From the IMG/VR virus record IMGVR_UViG_3300007539_010416: 20,000 bases of DNA; one strand, given 5' to 3'. Below are positions 16,911 to 20,000 of this stretch, piece after piece (position 1 is the first letter of the stretch; every line of letters begins with the position of its first letter). A program made the position numbers and the translations under genes. This stretch comes from an uncultured virus (IMG/VR IMGVR_UViG_3300007539_010416) (taxonomy: Duplodnaviria; Heunggongvirae; Uroviricota; Caudoviricetes). The notes under the pieces are model-generated. The model was not told where the DNA came from. It saw only the letters and a program-made list of their open reading frames with translations, and searched no databases.

Positions 16911-16991
16911 TTTTTTTATTTCAGAAAAGTATTATGTGTTTGACTCCTATATTTAATTATACTGCAAAAGGACCTATTAGGGAGATTTTTA

Positions 16992-18404
16992 ATGAAAATA
17001 ACTAAAAAAGATCTGAGAAGATTGATAATGGAAAATGTGAATGCGCTTTTGGAGCAAGATAGCAGTTCAACAACTAGTTCAGAAGATGATGAAATTTCTG
17101 AAAATTTTTTAGAAGATATTCCTATCTTAGAAAATGGGTCTGAAGAAGCCATAACAGCAAATAGTGCAGGCAAAAGAATATGGGAGTTTAAAAGAGAACA
17201 AAATGATTTTCAGTTTGTACCTAGCCGGGAAGACGACTTACTAACAATAATGCCTAAGAGTATTGGTGATGATCCTGAAGACATTGATAATTTAGGTCTC
17301 GGCAGTCTTTTTGGAGTGATTGTGAGGGAAAATTCTTTATATGTCGAGAACTATGATCAAGTTAAAGCAGAATTCAATAGTGAAAATATTGCCAAATACT
17401 CTCTTTTTCTCAATAACACAGAAAGCTCTATACCGACATTCGAAAGCTTAAAAAGCAGATATGAAACTCAAAATGCTGACACTGTTGAACCTCAAAATGA
17501 TCAAAGCGAAACCCAGCCAGCTGATACCCCTGCCCAAACAAGCCAACCCAGAAGTTCATCCACCGCGAGAAGTACTGCTGCAAAAGAAAAAGTTAAAGCA
17601 ATACAAAAGATTATTGATCCTAATGCTACTAGAACACAGCCTGATGGCATATGGAGTACAGGAACAAATTTAGCTTGGAAAAGCTGGCTAGAAAAATCTC
17701 AAAGTGTGATTGCAAAACTCAAGTCAGAAATGTCAACACCAACTAATGAGACTTTTTACAAAAATGATCTAAGCAAACTTTTTGAAAGATTTTTAAAAGA
17801 AGATGAAACGGCCGAGCCTAGCGAACAAGGTCTTCCTTTAGAAACTTTCGGTTTATTTGTAAAAGATGCATCTAAAGCTGCAGAATATTTAGGATTTTCG
17901 CCAACCTTAACAGGTGTAAAGCAATTTGTAGACGCTGTTGAGGCTGAAAAAAGTCAAGATACAACTGCTCAAACAAGAGCATCAACAGCAGATGATGATA
18001 TGGCGGCATCTCCGTCCGGAGATGCGCCAGATTCAGAAGAAGTTTTCGATGTGAAAAACTTAAAACTTAAAATAGATAGATTCCAGAATAGACAGGGAGA
18101 AAGAATATCAGATCCTAACCGTTATACTGAAATCAATTTGAATGCAGATAACTTAAAACTTCCTACATCAATTAGAAGTGGGTCAAACAGCACCGAGCTA
18201 GAAAAGTTTAAAAATCTTAGACTCTCTAAAGAAAAAGATGCGATCTTTATTAACAACAAAATTAGAGGAAACGTATTCAGAAAGTTTAAACTCACCCCGG
18301 TCAAAGTAGTAGGTGAGTATGTTGTGATAGATAAACCAGCAGATGCCCTTGAAGAATCACTTTCTCACGGTGCATTGATTAGAAGAAGATACAGAAGATA
18401 CTAA
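16992..18404 (+). CDS. Acidic multidomain hypothetical protein with shared leader and degenerate peptidoglycan-binding domain
   Basis: MKITKKDLRRLIME; KVKAIQKII...DGIWSTGTNLAW; Arg/Tyr tail; GGGAG RBS. Confidence 0.75.
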   Translation: MKITKKDLRRLIMENVNALLEQDSSSTTSSEDDEISENFLEDIPILENGSEEAITANSAGKRIWEFKREQNDFQFVPSREDDLLTIMPKSIGDDPEDIDNLGLGSLFGVIVRENSLYVENYDQVKAEFNSENIAKYSLFLNNTESSIPTFESLKSRYETQNADTVEPQNDQSETQPADTPAQTSQPRSSSTARSTAAKEKVKAIQKIIDPNATRTQPDGIWSTGTNLAWKSWLEKSQSVIAKLKSEMSTPTNETFYKNDLSKLFERFLKEDETAEPSEQGLPLETFGLFVKDASKAAEYLGFSPTLTGVKQFVDAVEAEKSQDTTAQTRASTADDDMAASPSGDAPDSEEVFDVKNLKLKIDRFQNRQGERISDPNRYTEINLNADNLKLPTSIRSGSNSTELEKFKNLRLSKEKDAIFINNKIRGNVFRKFKLTPVKVVGEYVVIDKPADALEESLSHGALIRRRYRRY

Positions 18405-18405
18405 T

Positions 18406-18729
18406 TTATCTTCCCAGAATTTCAATCACATACATGAAGTCAGACTGAGGTCTGACTTCTTCTTTTTGGCGAGCTTTTGCGTCAAATGATCCTACTTGAT
18501 TAAAGTCAGCATCAAAAAACATGATCTTTAGAGGGAACTGTGTCTCTTCCATTGTGTAAGCATGACACACAGGTTCGTCGTATTTAAAGAGCATACCCTC
18601 ATTTCGGGGGATAAAAGGTATATTTGCTAATCCTTTTCTCCGCTTTTCAAAATCATCGGCGACATACAGTGTATATGTTCTACCGCCTATAGGAATATTT
18701 ACGGTCTTATAGTTGGGAAATAAGTGCAT
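18406..18729 (-). CDS. DUF192 family protein
   Basis: VADDFEKRRKGL, EGMLF, TMEETQFPLKIMFFD, YVIEI. Confidence 0.88.
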   Translation of the reverse strand: MHLFPNYKTVNIPIGGRTYTLYVADDFEKRRKGLANIPFIPRNEGMLFKYDEPVCHAYTMEETQFPLKIMFFDADFNQVGSFDAKARQKEEVRPQSDFMYVIEILGR

Positions 18730-18730
18730 T

Positions 18731-18759
18731 TTGTAAACTCTTAATTTATTATATATGAT
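18731..18759 (+). promoter_or_regulatory. Possible sigma70-type promoter for 18777..19247
   Basis: TTGTAA (18731-36), 17 nt, TATGAT (18754-59); AGGAG at 18766-70. Confidence 0.45.
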
Positions 18760-18776
18760 ATAAATAGGAGAAAACA

Positions 18777-19247
18777 GTGAACTTTTTACTAGGAATAATT
18801 TTAGCTACAAATACTTCTTTTGCAGAAGATCTAGAACATCTTAGGCAGTACGAGTGGAATACATTTGTACCTAACGTTGTAATCTGTAACGGTGCTAACA
18901 TAGATCCACAGCTAGTTGAAAGAGTAAATGATGTTTGGAGAGACAGAGGAGAAGAAGTTGGAAAAGTCTTAGTAAAAGAATGTAGAAGTAGACCTCTTGC
19001 AGGTGAAATAGGTATATATGTTAGTGATGATATGCCTGCAGGAAATGTTCACGGACTGACAATCAGAAACGTGTACAAGAATCCTGATGGGACTTTCACA
19101 AGAGATATTAACCACTCAAGAGTCTACATTAGGCCTGAAAATGTAGACAGCTTTATCTTGCTTGAGCATGAAATAGGTCATGCACTAGGGTTTGATGACA
19201 CTCTAGATAGATCTTCTGTTATGTCAAAGTATGGAGCTATTTACTAA
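18777..19247 (+). CDS. Secreted metzincin (matrixin-like) metalloprotease
   Basis: Signal-like N-terminus ending SFA; HEIGHALGFDD; Met-turn SSVMS; GTG start with AGGAG. Confidence 0.8.
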   Translation: MNFLLGIILATNTSFAEDLEHLRQYEWNTFVPNVVICNGANIDPQLVERVNDVWRDRGEEVGKVLVKECRSRPLAGEIGIYVSDDMPAGNVHGLTIRNVYKNPDGTFTRDINHSRVYIRPENVDSFILLEHEIGHALGFDDTLDRSSVMSKYGAIY

Positions 19248-19624
19248 TAGTCCATCCCGTCACCTAGAAAACCTGTGATATTTCCTTTTGAATCTAATTC
19301 GTCAATTGCCATCATAATTGTTTCAAAAGGATAAAATCTTAAGTCTCTATGCTGTCTGATTTTACCTACCAGTTCTTCAGAACTAATACCGTCTCCAATT
19401 AGCTTATCTAAAACATCTTTCGCTAATTCATACATATGATCTTGTTCTTCTGCGTGGCGTTCTTCTGCAGCCATTTGAAATTCATAATCGTAATCTAGGT
19501 CATTATGAAATTCATCACTCTGCATAAGTGCTTGCTGTTCTTCGTAGTCGGATTGACCTGCAGCCCACATTTCGTCAGATGCTTCAGAAATCATTCTTCT
19601 AAGCTCGCTTCTAGTAATCTTCAT
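19244..19624 (-). CDS. Acidic hypothetical protein with shared N-terminal leader
   Basis: MKITRSELRRMISE; AGGAG RBS. Confidence 0.8.
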   Translation of the reverse strand: MKITRSELRRMISEASDEMWAAGQSDYEEQQALMQSDEFHNDLDYDYEFQMAAEERHAEEQDHMYELAKDVLDKLIGDGISSEELVGKIRQHRDLRFYPFETIMMAIDELDSKGNITGFLGDGMDY

Positions 19625-19704
19625 ATTAATCTCCTAATTTATTATAACTATCCTGAATCTTCTTTAATTTCCAAAGTATTATAACCATCTTTAAGTGGAC
19701 AAAG

Positions 19705-20000
19705 TTATTCAGAATCACTCTCTTCAACTTCTTCCTCGACTACGGGCGGCGGAGGAGGTGGTGGAGATGCTGAAGAAGGAATTTTAGATAGACATGATTC
19801 TGGTAAATGTGAGCGCAAATCTAATTTATACTCATCCATGGTGGGCTGCTTCCAGGCAATGCTTGAGCAAAATTCTCTATGATGCTTTTGATCCATTAGA
19901 AAAAGCTCCAATGCTGCCATTGAAATAGTCATATCTTCGGTTTTGTCTTCTACAGAATCAAGAGCTGCTTCTTTTGTAGGCAGATAAGTTTCACATGTGC
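19705..20000 (-). CDS. C-terminal part of a hypothetical protein with poly-Pro and acidic tail; starts beyond the right edge
   Basis: Frame stays open upstream of the tracked Met (TCETYLPTKEAALDSVEDKTEDMTIS...) to the window edge; ends PPPPPPPVVEEEVEESDSE. Confidence 0.7.
   Translation of the reverse strand, partial: TCETYLPTKEAALDSVEDKTEDMTISMAALELFLMDQKHHREFCSSIAWKQPTMDEYKLDLRSHLPESCLSKIPSSASPPPPPPPVVEEEVEESDSE

Noticed and set aside
16940..16963. TTGACT...TATACT sigma70-like promoter
   Set aside because: The spacer is only 12 nt.
9772..18304. Shadow ORFs 9772..10101, 10128..10337, 10866..11102, 14031..14267, 14578..14823, 14661..14918, 15605..15832, 16553..16777, 16916..17173, 17461..17673, 18122..18304
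   Set aside because: Antisense or out-of-frame overlaps of longer coherent genes; no independent support.
18759..18766. T4 late promoter TATAAATA on + (also at 16436-16443)
   Set aside because: One copy abuts the RBS and the other points at no plus-strand gene; both are better read as minus-strand ATAnTTA-like boxes or chance.
19742..19765. GGC/GGA/GGT triplet run
   Set aside because: Simply encodes the poly-Pro linker on the minus strand with mixed codons; not a DNA repeat element.
1..20000. Stop-codon reassignment (seen in some large phages)
   Set aside because: Conserved genes are full length in code 11, and TAA, TAG and TGA all end genes at expected positions.
1..20000. tRNA, rRNA, CRISPR array, intron/intein or IS element
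   Set aside because: Intergenic gaps are under about 80 nt once the hidden ORF is counted. No repeat-spacer pattern, cloverleaf, transposase or insertion in conserved genes was seen.

Overview
AT-rich, gene-dense window in the standard genetic code, most consistent with a large (jumbo/huge) dsDNA phage. There are no housekeeping operons, many orphans and very short intergenic gaps, but no capsid or terminase hallmark gene is present, so the phage call is an inference. The left half (minus strand) has small tail-fibre/lectin-like genes, a PIN-PhoH protein and a stand-alone sigma70 region-4 protein (plus strand). It also has a tightly packed cluster yeaH(vWA)-spoVR-prkA(AAA+), followed by a degenerate GroEL-like protein lacking the ATP-binding motif, three small orphans and an Hc1 histone-like protein. 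The right half has a DUF5824-like basic protein, UV-damage endonuclease, three proteases, a GH19 lysin, a short His-box desaturase/hydroxylase, DUF192 and several orphans. Three signals stand out. (1) Six unrelated proteins share an N-terminal leader ([LI][RK][RK][ILM]IxE) with nearby [LIV]xE sites, suggesting a capsid-targeting and protease-maturation tag. (2) A 110-codon frame missed by the ORF track (10422-10754) has no usable canonical start and opens exactly in an A9 run, in the -1 frame of the upstream ORF, suggesting recoding. (3) The permuted yeaH-spoVR-prkA module is coupled to an ATPase-dead chaperonin. All family calls come from motif recognition by eye; no searches were run.
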